A stretch of DNA of 64,000 nucleotides from an uncultured Gammaproteobacteria bacterium (GTDB taxonomy: Bacteria; Patescibacteriota; Microgenomatia; Daviesbacterales; UBA10151). The notes beneath the pieces are model-generated. The model was given only the letters and a program-made list of their open reading frames with translations, was not told where the DNA came from and searched no databases. Positions 1-9,040 of this stretch are shown here, one piece after another. The stretch covers positions 136,898-200,897 of the forward strand of contig CAZKCV010000001.1 in NCBI GenBank assembly GCA_964551605.1, given 5' to 3'. The first letter of the stretch is position 1. Each line of letters opens with the position of its first letter. The position numbers and the translations under genes are program-made.

Positions 1-70
1 GTATAGTGTATAGAGTATAAAGGGTAGTTCGCGCTACACCATTATACTTGATACTTTATACATTATACTT
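1..70. repeat. Inverted 7-bp-period array downstream of recR (truncated by window edge)
   Basis: GTATAGT GTATAGA GTATAAA ... TTATACT TGATACT TTATACA TTATACT; the two arms are roughly complementary. Confidence 0.7.
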
Positions 71-73
71 ATT

Positions 74-670
74 TTAGTATTCTTTCCTTCCTTCCAGTGC
101 CCTGGAAAGAGTTGTCTCATCTGCATATTCTAAATCAGATCCCACCGGCAGTCCCCTGGCAATCCTCGTTACTTTCACCCCCAAAGGAGCAATTAACCTT
201 TGGATATACATAGCTGTAGCCTCTCCTTCCATTGTCGGATTTGTTGCCAAAATTATTTCCTTAACACTGCCATCCTTTAATCTTGGCAGTAGCTCCTTAA
301 TATGAATTTCCGACGGCCCGATATTTTCTAAAGGTGAAATAACTCCGTGTAATACATGATATAGACCCTTAAAATTTGCTTTTTCTAAAGCCAGTACATC
401 CAACGGATTTTCCACCACTGCAATTACTTCTTTGTCCCGGTCCTGATCTAAACAAATCTGGCAGGGATCAACTTCCCCGATATTAAAGCAAATAGAGCAG
501 ATTTTAGTTTTTTCTTTCATTCCCAGTGCTGCATCAGCTAAAGCCCTGGCTTCTTCAATGGGAGCATGTAGTAAATAATAAGTTAACCTCTGGGCTGTTT
601 TCGGCCCAATACCAGGTAATCTCTCAAAAGCTTCTATTAAACTTTGTACTGATTTGGGGGCTTGCGCCAT
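74..670 (-). CDS. recR: Recombination mediator RecR
   Basis: [12 protein letters not shown] HhH motif, C4 zinc finger, Toprim [15 protein letters not shown]-terminal [16 protein letters not shown]. Confidence 0.98.
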   Translation of the reverse strand: MAQAPKSVQSLIEAFERLPGIGPKTAQRLTYYLLHAPIEEARALADAALGMKEKTKICSICFNIGEVDPCQICLDQDRDKEVIAVVENPLDVLALEKANFKGLYHVLHGVISPLENIGPSEIHIKELLPRLKDGSVKEIILATNPTMEGEATAMYIQRLIAPLGVKVTRIARGLPVGSDLEYADETTLSRALEGRKEY

Positions 671-686
671 TGCGTGGCAAATTGTA

Positions 687-965
687 TCACATCCCCGGCA
701 TACCCATACCGCCCATTAAACTTTTCATTTCATCCGCAGCAACCTTTTGAGACTGTTTTAAGGCCTCATTGACAGCTTCCGTAACTTTATCTAAATCATT
801 GTCGCCGGAAATAGCAACTACTTTCTGATCACCAGTCATTACTACCGTGACACCTTTGTGCTCCACAGTAATCTTTATGGCAGCTAATCTTTTTTGTACT
901 TCCATTGCCTGGTCTCTCATCTTCTTGAGATCACCAAGCTGTTTTAGTCCATCCATTAATCCCAC
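687..965 (-). CDS. ybaB: YbaB/EbfC nucleoid-associated protein
   Basis: [12 protein letters not shown] and AVNEAL motifs; directly upstream of recR; GTG start after AAGGAGG. Confidence 0.9.
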   Translation of the reverse strand: MGLMDGLKQLGDLKKMRDQAMEVQKRLAAIKITVEHKGVTVVMTGDQKVVAISGDNDLDKVTEAVNEALKQSQKVAADEMKSLMGGMGMPGM

Positions 966-1013
966 GTTTTTAAATCCTCCTTAAAAATATAACTGCCTTT
1001 GATTTGAAAAGGC

Positions 1014-1074
1014 AAGGTTCTTCGAAACGAGCAGTAAAATCCGGCGAAGCCGGACTGCGAGCAAGAAGGTCCTT
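1014..1074. repeat. Imperfect palindromic element with inner hairpin TCCGGCGAAGCCGGA
   Basis: AAGGTTCTTC...GAAGGTCCTT outer arms; intergenic between folD and ybaB. Confidence 0.55.
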
Positions 1075-1083
1075 ATAGAAATA

Positions 1084-1932
1084 TTATAACGTATTTGACT
1101 GAGTTCGTCTAGCTGAATCAATTACATTCCGGAGCAAACTGACAATTGTCAAAGGCCCGATTCCGCCCACTGTCGGACAATATAATTTGACAATTTTGCT
1201 GATTTCCTCTTCATTGATATCTCCATAGATCTCCTGTTTACCATCAACAGTTTCCCTACCTACTCCTACCCCGATTACATATGCCCCCTTTTTAACATTT
1301 GACCCGTTCACAATATTTTTTACTCCGGTGGCAGAAATTACTATATCCCCGCTTTTAATTTTTGTGTCCGGATCCTCTGTATCACTGGCAATTACTGTCA
1401 CTTCAAATCCGTAACTTTCCAGAAGCTCCCTGACAGGCCTTCCAGCAGTCTTACCCCGGCCTAAAACTACAATTTTTTTGCCTTTTAAAAATTCTTCTGT
1501 CTTGGAAAATCCTTCCAAATACGTAAAAGCTGTCAGCATTTCCCAAACAGCCATTGCAGTTGCTTTATCATATGGTGATTCCTCACTAAAACCGTCTACA
1601 TCTTTTTTAGGATCAACTTTCCCGATCAATTCATCAAAATTCCAACTGTCATATATCGGGTACTGAATAATCATCCCATGGACATTTTTGTCAGCATTTA
1701 ATTTTTCAATAGTTTTTATACACTCATTAAATTGATCTTTAGAGAATTCAAAAAAAATTACTTTAACCCCGATTTCTTCTGCGCGCTTAATCTTAAAGTT
1801 TACATAAATCCTGGAAGCCGGGTCTTCACCTGCAAGGATAATGGCAAAGGTCGGTTGAATCTTTAATTTCTTAACCTCCTCCTGGAGTTTTTTGGCAATT
1901 GCATCTGCCACTTCTTTACCGGATACTTTCAT
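1084..1932 (-). CDS. folD: Methylenetetrahydrofolate dehydrogenase/cyclohydrolase
   Basis: DPASRIYV..K, KDVDG, GRGKTAGRP and PTVGGIGPLT motifs. Confidence 0.95.
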   Translation of the reverse strand: MKVSGKEVADAIAKKLQEEVKKLKIQPTFAIILAGEDPASRIYVNFKIKRAEEIGVKVIFFEFSKDQFNECIKTIEKLNADKNVHGMIIQYPIYDSWNFDELIGKVDPKKDVDGFSEESPYDKATAMAVWEMLTAFTYLEGFSKTEEFLKGKKIVVLGRGKTAGRPVRELLESYGFEVTVIASDTEDPDTKIKSGDIVISATGVKNIVNGSNVKKGAYVIGVGVGRETVDGKQEIYGDINEEEISKIVKLYCPTVGGIGPLTIVSLLRNVIDSARRTQSNTL

Positions 1933-1937
1933 GGAAG

Positions 1938-3257
1938 CTACTTATCCACCCCTGGCACCGGAAACTTTCCGGCAAATCTTTCTACTTCTTTTCTGATTAA
2001 CTTCAAATTATTATTTCTGTGAATCTTTATTTTTACCTCCTTTAAGAAATCTCTTCTTTTTTCCGGTTCTTTAGGTAAATCCAATCCTTTTATCTCTTCC
2101 AGTACTCTTTTAATCCAAACTGCAATTTTTACCATATCCTTTTCTTTCATTCCCCTTGAAGTCAGCGCCGGTGTTCCTAGACGAATACCCGATGGATAAA
2201 AAGGCGAAGCCGGTTCCCCGGGAATCGTATTCTTATTGACCGTAATCCCTGCTTCCTCTAGCGCATATTGGGCCTGGTACCCCATTCCGTATCCATATCT
2301 GGTTAAACTTAAAAGTATTAGGTGCGTTTCCGAAACAGTCCCGAGTTCTTTTGCTAAAACTGCTGCATTTTTGGCCACTTGAATTGCATATTTTTTAAAT
2401 AAAGGGTTTGAGGCTTCTTCTAAACTCACAGCAATAGCTGCTGTTTGGTGATTGTGAGGACCGCCCTGAATCCCCGGAATTATTGCCCTTTCAATCTTAC
2501 TTCTTATTTCCGGATCTCTTTTCATCCCCCGTTCAGTGACCAAGATTATCGCTCCCCTGGGACCTCTTAAAGTTTTATGTGTAGTAGTCATAATGATATC
2601 AACATAAGGAACCGGTGATTCATGTACACCGCCTATGATTAAACCGGTTATATGGGAGATATCTGCCACCAGGGTTGCATTTACCATGTCGGCAATCTTC
2701 CTGAATTTGCTATAATCTAACTTAAAAGGGTAAGCAGTTGTCCCTACCCAGATTAATTTTGGCTTGTTTTTTTTGGCCAAGGTTTCCAGCCCATCAAAAT
2801 CAATTTTCCAGTCCTTGCCAACATTGTAATTAACAGCTTTATAAAAAATACTGGAGAAATTTAAGTTGGCACCGTGTGTTAAGTGCCCACCGGAAGATAA
2901 CGAGAGCCCCATCACCACATCTGCGGGGTTGCAGACTGCCATGGTGATCGCCATATTAGCCGGAGAACCGGAATATGATTGCATCAGCGCAACCGGCACA
3001 CCGAATAATTTTTTTGCTAAATCACTGGCATAATTCTCAATCTTGTCTATAACTTCATTCCCACCGTAATACCTTCTGCCCGGAAAACCTTCCGAGTATT
3101 TGTTGGTAAGAATGGAACCCAAGGCTCTTAATACATCTGCAGAAACATAATTTTCCGAGGGGATCATTTCCAAGCCATACTTTTGACGACGGGCTTCTTC
3201 AGAAATCAGCTTAAATACTTTTTTTGTAGCAACGTGTAATGCCATAGAAAAACCCAT
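1938..3257 (-). CDS. glyA: Serine hydroxymethyltransferase
   Basis: IPSENY, YSEGFPGRRYYGG, TTTHKTLRGPRG (PLP lysine), GIRLGTPALT; exact start uncertain. Confidence 0.98.
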   Translation of the reverse strand: MGFSMALHVATKKVFKLISEEARRQKYGLEMIPSENYVSADVLRALGSILTNKYSEGFPGRRYYGGNEVIDKIENYASDLAKKLFGVPVALMQSYSGSPANMAITMAVCNPADVVMGLSLSSGGHLTHGANLNFSSIFYKAVNYNVGKDWKIDFDGLETLAKKNKPKLIWVGTTAYPFKLDYSKFRKIADMVNATLVADISHITGLIIGGVHESPVPYVDIIMTTTHKTLRGPRGAIILVTERGMKRDPEIRSKIERAIIPGIQGGPHNHQTAAIAVSLEEASNPLFKKYAIQVAKNAAVLAKELGTVSETHLILLSLTRYGYGMGYQAQYALEEAGITVNKNTIPGEPASPFYPSGIRLGTPALTSRGMKEKDMVKIAVWIKRVLEEIKGLDLPKEPEKRRDFLKEVKIKIHRNNNLKLIRKEVERFAGKFPVPGVDK

Positions 3258-3342
3258 TGTTAATCAGTAAGAGTTAATTGTCAATAGTAAAGAGTGCTTT
3301 CCCTTGCTAAAAATTTTTATTTACCATATCATCTTAGGAGTA

Positions 3343-4023
3343 ATGCTACTTAGACTTGTTGATAAAATAAAAGAAGCAGAAGATGTTACCTCATTTATCT
3401 TTAAGCCGGAAATGGCTTTTCCCTGGAAAGCGGGGCAGTTTTTACACTACACCCTCCCTCATCGAAATTTTGATGAACGTGGTCTTGAGCGTTATTTTAC
3501 GATTGCTTCCGCTCCACATGAGCAGGTAATCTACATAACTACCCGATTTGCTAAAGAGAAAGGCAGCAGTTTTAAGAAAGCCTTAAGATCGTTAAAATTA
3601 AACGATACCACAGAAGCTGTTGGCCCTGATGGAAATTTTACAGTAGATGATCCAAACCAAGAAATGGTCTTTATTGCCGGGGGAATCGGCATAACTCCTT
3701 TTAGAGCTATTCTGTTGGATCTTGAACATAAAAAAATATTCCCTAAGATTACCCTTCTATATTCCAATAAAACACCTGATTTCCCTTACATAAAACTTTT
3801 AGGTAAACTAATGAGACTCAACAGGAATTTAAGAATACATTATTTTATCGGCCCCAAAAGAATAAATGAAGACTCAATTAGGAAGATTGTTGAGAATTTA
3901 AAGAAGCCAATTTTTTATGTCTCCGGCCCCGGAGGCATGGTCAAAAATTTAAGTAATCAGCTAAAAGAAATCGGCGTACCAAAAGAACACATTAAGCAGG
4001 ACCTCTTCCCCGGCTATGATTAA
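3343..4023 (+). CDS. FAD/NAD(P)H-binding oxidoreductase (ferredoxin-NADP reductase family)
   Basis: RYFTIAS, GPDGNF, FIAGGIGITPF and YVSGP motifs; ATG at 3343 preferred over TTG at 3304. Confidence 0.88.
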   Translation: MLLRLVDKIKEAEDVTSFIFKPEMAFPWKAGQFLHYTLPHRNFDERGLERYFTIASAPHEQVIYITTRFAKEKGSSFKKALRSLKLNDTTEAVGPDGNFTVDDPNQEMVFIAGGIGITPFRAILLDLEHKKIFPKITLLYSNKTPDFPYIKLLGKLMRLNRNLRIHYFIGPKRINEDSIRKIVENLKKPIFYVSGPGGMVKNLSNQLKEIGVPKEHIKQDLFPGYD

Positions 4024-4028
4024 TTAAA

Positions 4029-4637
4029 ATGAAATCATTCATCAAGGTTTTTATCTTAATCTTTCTTTTATTTATACTGATCGTGCCTATCATATTAATA
4101 AACCAGGAGCTTAGCTTTAAGAAAACTGCCGATCTATTATTTTTTATCCACCGTGGTTTAGGCTTATATGCTTTTTCCCTGATTTTTTTGGCATTAGTAA
4201 TGGGATCAACTATAACTTTACTGGACAGGCTTTTTACACCGGGTAAAGCTTTTGTCATTCATCAGGTAATTGCATCTTCAGGTTTTACCTTAGCAATTCT
4301 TCATCCGGTATTTTTGTTTAGCACTTATCTTTTAGAAGGTAATTTAAGTTATGTGATTCCCTTTTTATCAGGTATAAATCTTTTCTATTTTTTACTGGGA
4401 ATTTTTGCTTTGTTGCTACTTATATTAACTGTAACCTCAGCACTGTTACGCTTCAGGCTCGGCCCTCAATGGCTTTTTATCCACCGCCTCAACTACTTGG
4501 TATTTTGGTTAATTTTTTTCCATGGCTTAAACTTAGGCACCGATACCCAAACATATTTTGCCCGAATAATATTTTTAGCTTATGGATTAATTGTAAGCGC
4601 TATTACCATCCGTAGGCTCTTAGTTTACCGTATCTGA
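4029..4637 (+). CDS. Ferric reductase-like (MsrQ-like) heme-binding membrane protein
   Basis: About 6 TM helices with His pairs (IHQ..LH, W..IHRLNY..FFH); follows the oxidoreductase. Confidence 0.75.
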   Translation: MKSFIKVFILIFLLFILIVPIILINQELSFKKTADLLFFIHRGLGLYAFSLIFLALVMGSTITLLDRLFTPGKAFVIHQVIASSGFTLAILHPVFLFSTYLLEGNLSYVIPFLSGINLFYFLLGIFALLLLILTVTSALLRFRLGPQWLFIHRLNYLVFWLIFFHGLNLGTDTQTYFARIIFLAYGLIVSAITIRRLLVYRI

Positions 4638-6368
4638 ATTAAATATTTCTGCTGCTGCCCGGATAATTTCATCATCTGCTGCCAGCTCTAAATTGGCAAT
4701 ATCTTCCCTTCTTTCCGGACGGCTACCCAATGCTGTGGAAACCCTGATGCCTCTGCCTAAGACGTCGGAAAAAACCCCTTCTAAAAGATCCCTATTCTTC
4801 GGCGCCTCCAGGATTCTTTGATGAAATGAATACGGAACCTCCAGTATGACGGTGTTCTCCGTGCACTTTCTAATACTAATGGACCTAAGTAATGCTTCTA
4901 ATGAATAATTAAAAGAACGCACTGTTTCCAATACAAAAGTCCACTTCTCTTTTAACTTAAAAATATCCAAAGAATCGGATGAGACAGTTGAAAACTCTGA
5001 TTGCTCCTTATTACTATGGGAATCTTCTCCTTTCAAAACTTTCTCAACCTCTTCCTGTCTTCTTGAGCTACTAGCATCGTCATTGCGAGGAGTCCCGACT
5101 TCAGTCGTGGACGACAAAGCAATCTTGGTGGGAATTTCTTCCGGACTAGATTGCTTCCCCCGGATCAAGTCCGGGGTCGCAATGACGGAAAAGGAAGTAC
5201 AAATTTCTACCACTGCCAGCTCCAGCGGTAATGACGGAATGGAAGCGAACTTTAATTTTTCCAGAGCTTTTTGCAAAATATCCAGTGCTTTAACTAAATC
5301 CCGACCGGATAAATTCTCTGACAATATTACCATCTGCTCATACTTATCTTCAGTAAGTTGAGGTTTAACCAACTGCCCTCCTACCTTATTTTTAATCAAC
5401 ATCAAGTTTCTTAAGGTATCCATTAAGGAAAGCGTTAATTCCCGAACATCTGCTCCATGCTCCAGCTGCCCTGATACATTCAGTAAGCTTTTTGCCGAAT
5501 CTTGCCTGAAAAGGTCTTTTACTAAATCCACAAGGTCATCAAAGGGGGTGGATTGAAGATTTTCCTGTAAATATTTAATTGTAACCTTAACTTTAGCAGC
5601 ACTTACCTGATCCAATAACTTGATGCCATCCCTAAAACTCCCTTCCGCTTTCTTTACTAAAAGCTTGAAGGCTTCCGGCTCAATATCAATTTGTTCTTCC
5701 TGAATTATTTTTTCAAAGGCGGCTGAGATCTCGCCCGGAGCAGCTAACTTAAAATCCAACCTTTGTACCCTGGATAGAATCGTCTGCGGGATTTTCCCCA
5801 GTTCGGTGGTTGCCAAAATAAACAACACATGTGCAGGAGGCTCCTCCAGAGTCTTAAGCAAGGCATTAAAGGCTTCCGTGGTTAACATATGTGCCTCATC
5901 AATGATGTATACTTTTTTCTTAAGAGAACTGGGTGAAAGCTTAATTTTTTCCCTTAGCGACCTAATGTCTTCAATTCCCCGGTTGGAAGCGGCGTCAATT
6001 TCAATAAGGTCCAAATTAGATCCGTCAGTAATGGAGATACACGTTGCGCATTTGTTACATGGGTAGTCATTAGTCTTCAGTATCGCTTCGCTCTCAGCTA
6101 TCAGACTTTTTTTGTCTTTGTCTGACGACTGACGACCGGTACCAATCGAAGATTGGTGGACTGACGACTTCTTCTCACAGTTAACCATCTTAGCTAAAAT
6201 CCGGGCGGTAGAAGTTTTACCTGTTCCCCTGGGGCCGACAAAAAGATAGGCGTGGGATAATTTATTGTTTTGAAAAGATGAAAGAAGAGTTTTTTTTACA
6301 GCTTCCTGACCCATTAGTTCTTGTAAAGTTTGAGGGCGGTACTTTAGATAATAAGCTATATTTCCCAT
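4620..6368 (-). CDS. dnaX: DNA polymerase III subunit gamma/tau (two repeat-derived insertions)
   Basis: KYRPQT, GPRGTGKTS, EIDAASNRG, IIDEAHML, LLKTLEEPP. Confidence 0.98.
   Translation of the reverse strand: MGNIAYYLKYRPQTLQELMGQEAVKKTLLSSFQNNKLSHAYLFVGPRGTGKTSTARILAKMVNCEKKSSVHQSSIGTGRQSSDKDKKSLIAESEAILKTNDYPCNKCATCISITDGSNLDLIEIDAASNRGIEDIRSLREKIKLSPSSLKKKVYIIDEAHMLTTEAFNALLKTLEEPPAHVLFILATTELGKIPQTILSRVQRLDFKLAAPGEISAAFEKIIQEEQIDIEPEAFKLLVKKAEGSFRDGIKLLDQVSAAKVKVTIKYLQENLQSTPFDDLVDLVKDLFRQDSAKSLLNVSGQLEHGADVRELTLSLMDTLRNLMLIKNKVGGQLVKPQLTEDKYEQMVILSENLSGRDLVKALDILQKALEKLKFASIPSLPLELAVVEICTSFSVIATPDLIRGKQSSPEEIPTKIALSSTTEVGTPRNDDASSSRRQEEVEKVLKGEDSHSNKEQSEFSTVSSDSLDIFKLKEKWTFVLETVRSFNYSLEALLRSISIRKCTENTVILEVPYSFHQRILEAPKNRDLLEGVFSDVLGRGIRVSTALGSRPERREDIANLELAADDEIIRAAAEIFNSDTVN
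5079..5186. repeat. GTCATTGCGA...TCGCAATGAC palindromic dimer, in frame in dnaX
   Basis: 108 nt; encodes VIATPDLIRGKQSSPEEIPTKIALSSTTEVGTPRND; 43 nt identical to the intergenic copy at 40224..40317. Confidence 0.92.
6064..6170. repeat. Inverted heptamer array with nested hairpins in the dnaX zinc module
   Basis: TAGTCAT TAGTCTT CAG... and CTGACGA CTGACGA...CTGACGA arms; hairpin ACCAATCGAAGATTGGT. Confidence 0.75.
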
Positions 6369-6781
6369 TAATTATGATGAACTCCCAAAAGATGATTTAC
6401 GCCGTGCTCTACCAAATACTTAACTTCTTCATCTACAGAAATACCGTCAAGTGAAGCATCCTCAATTGCCTGCGGATAGGAGATAACAATGTCTCCGAGC
6501 CGGAGCCATCTATCCGGGGAGGCTACAAAGCCCACCCGGGGAATATGTTGCAGACTGGCAGGGTGGGAATCCTCCAAAGCAAAAGATAAAATATTAGTGG
6601 TCGCATCTATCCCCCGGTACTTCTGATTAAGTTCATGCATCTTTCTGTCACCTACAATGCTAATCCCCAGTTCAATGCGGCCGGAAATACGGAATTTTGT
6701 GAGAATTGCTGCAACAACAGCCTTAATTGCTGACTTATTAATATTATATCTGGGATCGGAATTAACAATTATATTTATCAT
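6368..6781 (-). CDS. ybeY: rRNA maturation endoribonuclease YbeY
   Basis: LNQKYRG..TNILSF, LGDIVIS, HGVNHLLG (H3xH5xH); start placed at MINII. Confidence 0.92.
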   Translation of the reverse strand: MINIIVNSDPRYNINKSAIKAVVAAILTKFRISGRIELGISIVGDRKMHELNQKYRGIDATTNILSFALEDSHPASLQHIPRVGFVASPDRWLRLGDIVISYPQAIEDASLDGISVDEEVKYLVEHGVNHLLGVHHN

Positions 6782-6797
6782 ATTAGTTATTTCTTCT

Positions 6798-7244
6798 TCA
6801 TGACCCATGCAACCTTTCTTTAACAATACTACTTACTTGACCACCTTCCGCTCTTCCTTTAACTTTACCTATGACCACCCCCATCACCTTCCCCATCTCC
6901 GAAAACGATGTTGCCCCTAATTCATTTATAGTCTCCTCAACTATTTTAGTCAATTCCTCATTACTCATCTGAGCAGGTAAATAACCTTCAAGGATCTTCG
7001 CTTCTAACTCTTCCTTTGCTGCGGACTCTTCCCTGCCGCCCGCCCGAAAGCTATCTGCTGCTTCTTTTCTTTTTTTTACTTCCCTTGAAATCACGGAGAC
7101 TATATCTTCATCAGATAAACTTTCACCCTTGGAAATTTCTTTATTTTTAGCTTCGGACAAAAGCAGTCTGAGGGTGGAAACTTTAACCTCATCACGGGCC
7201 AACTGAGCATCTCTTAAATCAGTTTGCAGTTGATCTAATAACAT
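6798..7244 (-). CDS. yqeY: GatB/YqeY domain protein
   Basis: KKRKEAA..F..GGR, YLPAQMS and MGKVMG motifs; follows rpsU. Confidence 0.92.
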   Translation of the reverse strand: MLLDQLQTDLRDAQLARDEVKVSTLRLLLSEAKNKEISKGESLSDEDIVSVISREVKKRKEAADSFRAGGREESAAKEELEAKILEGYLPAQMSNEELTKIVEETINELGATSFSEMGKVMGVVIGKVKGRAEGGQVSSIVKERLHGS

Positions 7245-7248
7245 AGGG

Positions 7249-7446
7249 TTATCTGCTGTATCTCCTGGCCCGCATGATTTTTCTTCGTTTCTCAGCCAAA
7301 TACTCCTGACGGAGTTCGGATGGTTTCCGGTAAACAGACCGTTCCCTGATTTCCTGGACTATTCCTTCTGCCACGGCCTTTTTTTGAAATTTTCTGATCA
7401 CTGAATCCGTGCTGTCGCCCGGACCGGCTTTTACAACAATAGACAT
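7249..7446 (-). CDS. rpsU: 30S ribosomal protein S21
   Basis: IRKFQKK..EGI..E..ER..Y.KPSE; conserved HIT-rpsU-yqeY order. Confidence 0.88.
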   Translation of the reverse strand: MSIVVKAGPGDSTDSVIRKFQKKAVAEGIVQEIRERSVYRKPSELRQEYLAEKRRKIMRARRYSR

Positions 7447-7474
7447 AAATGTAAAAACACCTCCTTTTATTTAA

Positions 7475-7807
7475 CTAGACAAACTTCTTCCATTGTCCAC
7501 CCAGAAGATGGAAATGTAAATGAGGTACATGTTGTGCTTTTCCCCCATTTACGACCACCCTGTATAAATCATTTTCCAAATTTTTCTCTGCCACCAATGT
7601 ATTTACAGCCTGGTAAACTTCTGCCAGTAAATCACCATAACTGCCTCCGAGATCTTTAATCCCTCCGATATGTTCTTTCGGTACTATCAGGGTATGAACT
7701 TCTGCCGAAGGATTAATATCATCAAAGGCTACCAGTTTCTCAGACTCATAAGCCAATTCTTTTGTAATCTCACCACTAATAATTTTGCAAAAGATGCAAT
7801 CATTCAT
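7475..7807 (-). CDS. HIT family nucleotide hydrolase
   Basis: DCIFCKI and HLHFHLLGG histidine triad. Confidence 0.95.
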   Translation of the reverse strand: MNDCIFCKIISGEITKELAYESEKLVAFDDINPSAEVHTLIVPKEHIGGIKDLGGSYGDLLAEVYQAVNTLVAEKNLENDLYRVVVNGGKAQHVPHLHFHLLGGQWKKFV

Positions 7808-7846
7808 AAATTTTTACTAGGAGAATTATACTCCGAAGATTATACT

Positions 7847-8926
7847 TCAGGCAACCATCTTTTTTAGTAAATCCAAGGTCCTGGTTTGCCTTAAGGCATG
7901 CCTTAAATGCAGACGGGGCTCCTGTGCTTCAAATTGCTGCTTAATCTTTGCATCCTGTATTTTATCCACTTCTGCCTGCAGTTCGCCGTCAGAAATTGTC
8001 ACATTCTCCAACCTGGCCACTTCAGCCAGTCCCAGCTCCATCCGGACATTTTTCTCAGCCTGTACCCGCCACTCTTCCTTGATTTGTTCTAAAGTCTTAC
8101 CCTGGCTTTTTAGGTAATCTTCCAGCAAAAGCCCCATATCCGCCACCCTTCTCTGAAGTGAAACCAGCATCCGGTTTAGCTCATCCTGGATTAAAATTTC
8201 CGGCAACTCCACAGTGGTCATTTTCTCTACTTCCTGCAAAATTGCCTCTTCAAAATCCAATTCATTGTTGTAAGAAACATTGGATTCCAGATCTTTCCTG
8301 ATTTTGGATTTTAGGTCAGTAAGACTTAACGCACCCATGGCCCTGGCAAATTCTTCATTAGGTCCGGCTTCGCCGGATTGACTGCCCTGGAAGTTGATTG
8401 AACCAGCTTGCCCTCCTGCGGTCTGCTGTCCACTGTCACCTGTAACCTGTACACCTGCTTTCGCTTTCCATCTTTTATACAAGTCATCAATTACCTTCTG
8501 CACCTCCTCTTCAGTTACGGCTTTGGGGGTAGACTTTGTAACTTTAATGGTTTTGTAATCACCGACAGCAACAGCAGGTCTGTTGGTAATGGTTGCCTTA
8601 AATTGAAGTTGATCACCTTTTATAAAACTTAGCAGGTCATACTTAGGATAATCAATCGGGATAATATCGCTGCCTTTCAATGCTTCAATCAGGAAATTAG
8701 GCATGGCAGCTTTCAAGACTTCATCCTGAAGTCTCTGCCCCAGCTGCTGTTCTACCATCGGAAGAGGCGCAGCCCCTTTTCTAAAACCTGAAAGCTCCAC
8801 ATCAGCAGCCATCTTCTGCAAAGTAGCATCCCAGGTAGCCTGTAAATCCGTCCAGGGGACAGTAATAGTGACTTCAATTATTGATTTTGGCTGTTTGTTG
8901 ATATTTTTGTTTATCATAATATTCAT
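7847..8926 (-). CDS. tig: Trigger factor lacking the FKBP/PPIase domain
   Basis: GFRKGAAP ribosome-binding loop and C-terminal SurA-like domain; only 359 aa. Confidence 0.9.
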   Translation of the reverse strand: MNIMINKNINKQPKSIIEVTITVPWTDLQATWDATLQKMAADVELSGFRKGAAPLPMVEQQLGQRLQDEVLKAAMPNFLIEALKGSDIIPIDYPKYDLLSFIKGDQLQFKATITNRPAVAVGDYKTIKVTKSTPKAVTEEEVQKVIDDLYKRWKAKAGVQVTGDSGQQTAGGQAGSINFQGSQSGEAGPNEEFARAMGALSLTDLKSKIRKDLESNVSYNNELDFEEAILQEVEKMTTVELPEILIQDELNRMLVSLQRRVADMGLLLEDYLKSQGKTLEQIKEEWRVQAEKNVRMELGLAEVARLENVTISDGELQAEVDKIQDAKIKQQFEAQEPRLHLRHALRQTRTLDLLKKMVA

Positions 8927-9006
8927 ATCCTTCGAACGAAGTGAGAAGTTTCCTTAAAAGTATTAATAATTCTTAAGGTAAGTTCTCTCTAACCGCTCGA
9001 ACAATA
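8926..9006. repeat. Imperfect palindromic element upstream of tig
   Basis: TTCGAACGAAGTGAGAAGTT...AAGTTCTCTCTAACCGCTCGAA arms with inner CCTTAA/TTAAGG. Confidence 0.6.
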
Positions 9007-9040
9007 ATCCAAGGTAATGTACCAGAAATAAGCTTCAAAA

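Noticed and set aside
990-1080. SRP RNA (ffs) near ybaB-recR
   Set aside because: Hairpins are present, but the conserved SRP domain IV motif was not found on either strand; treated as a palindromic element.
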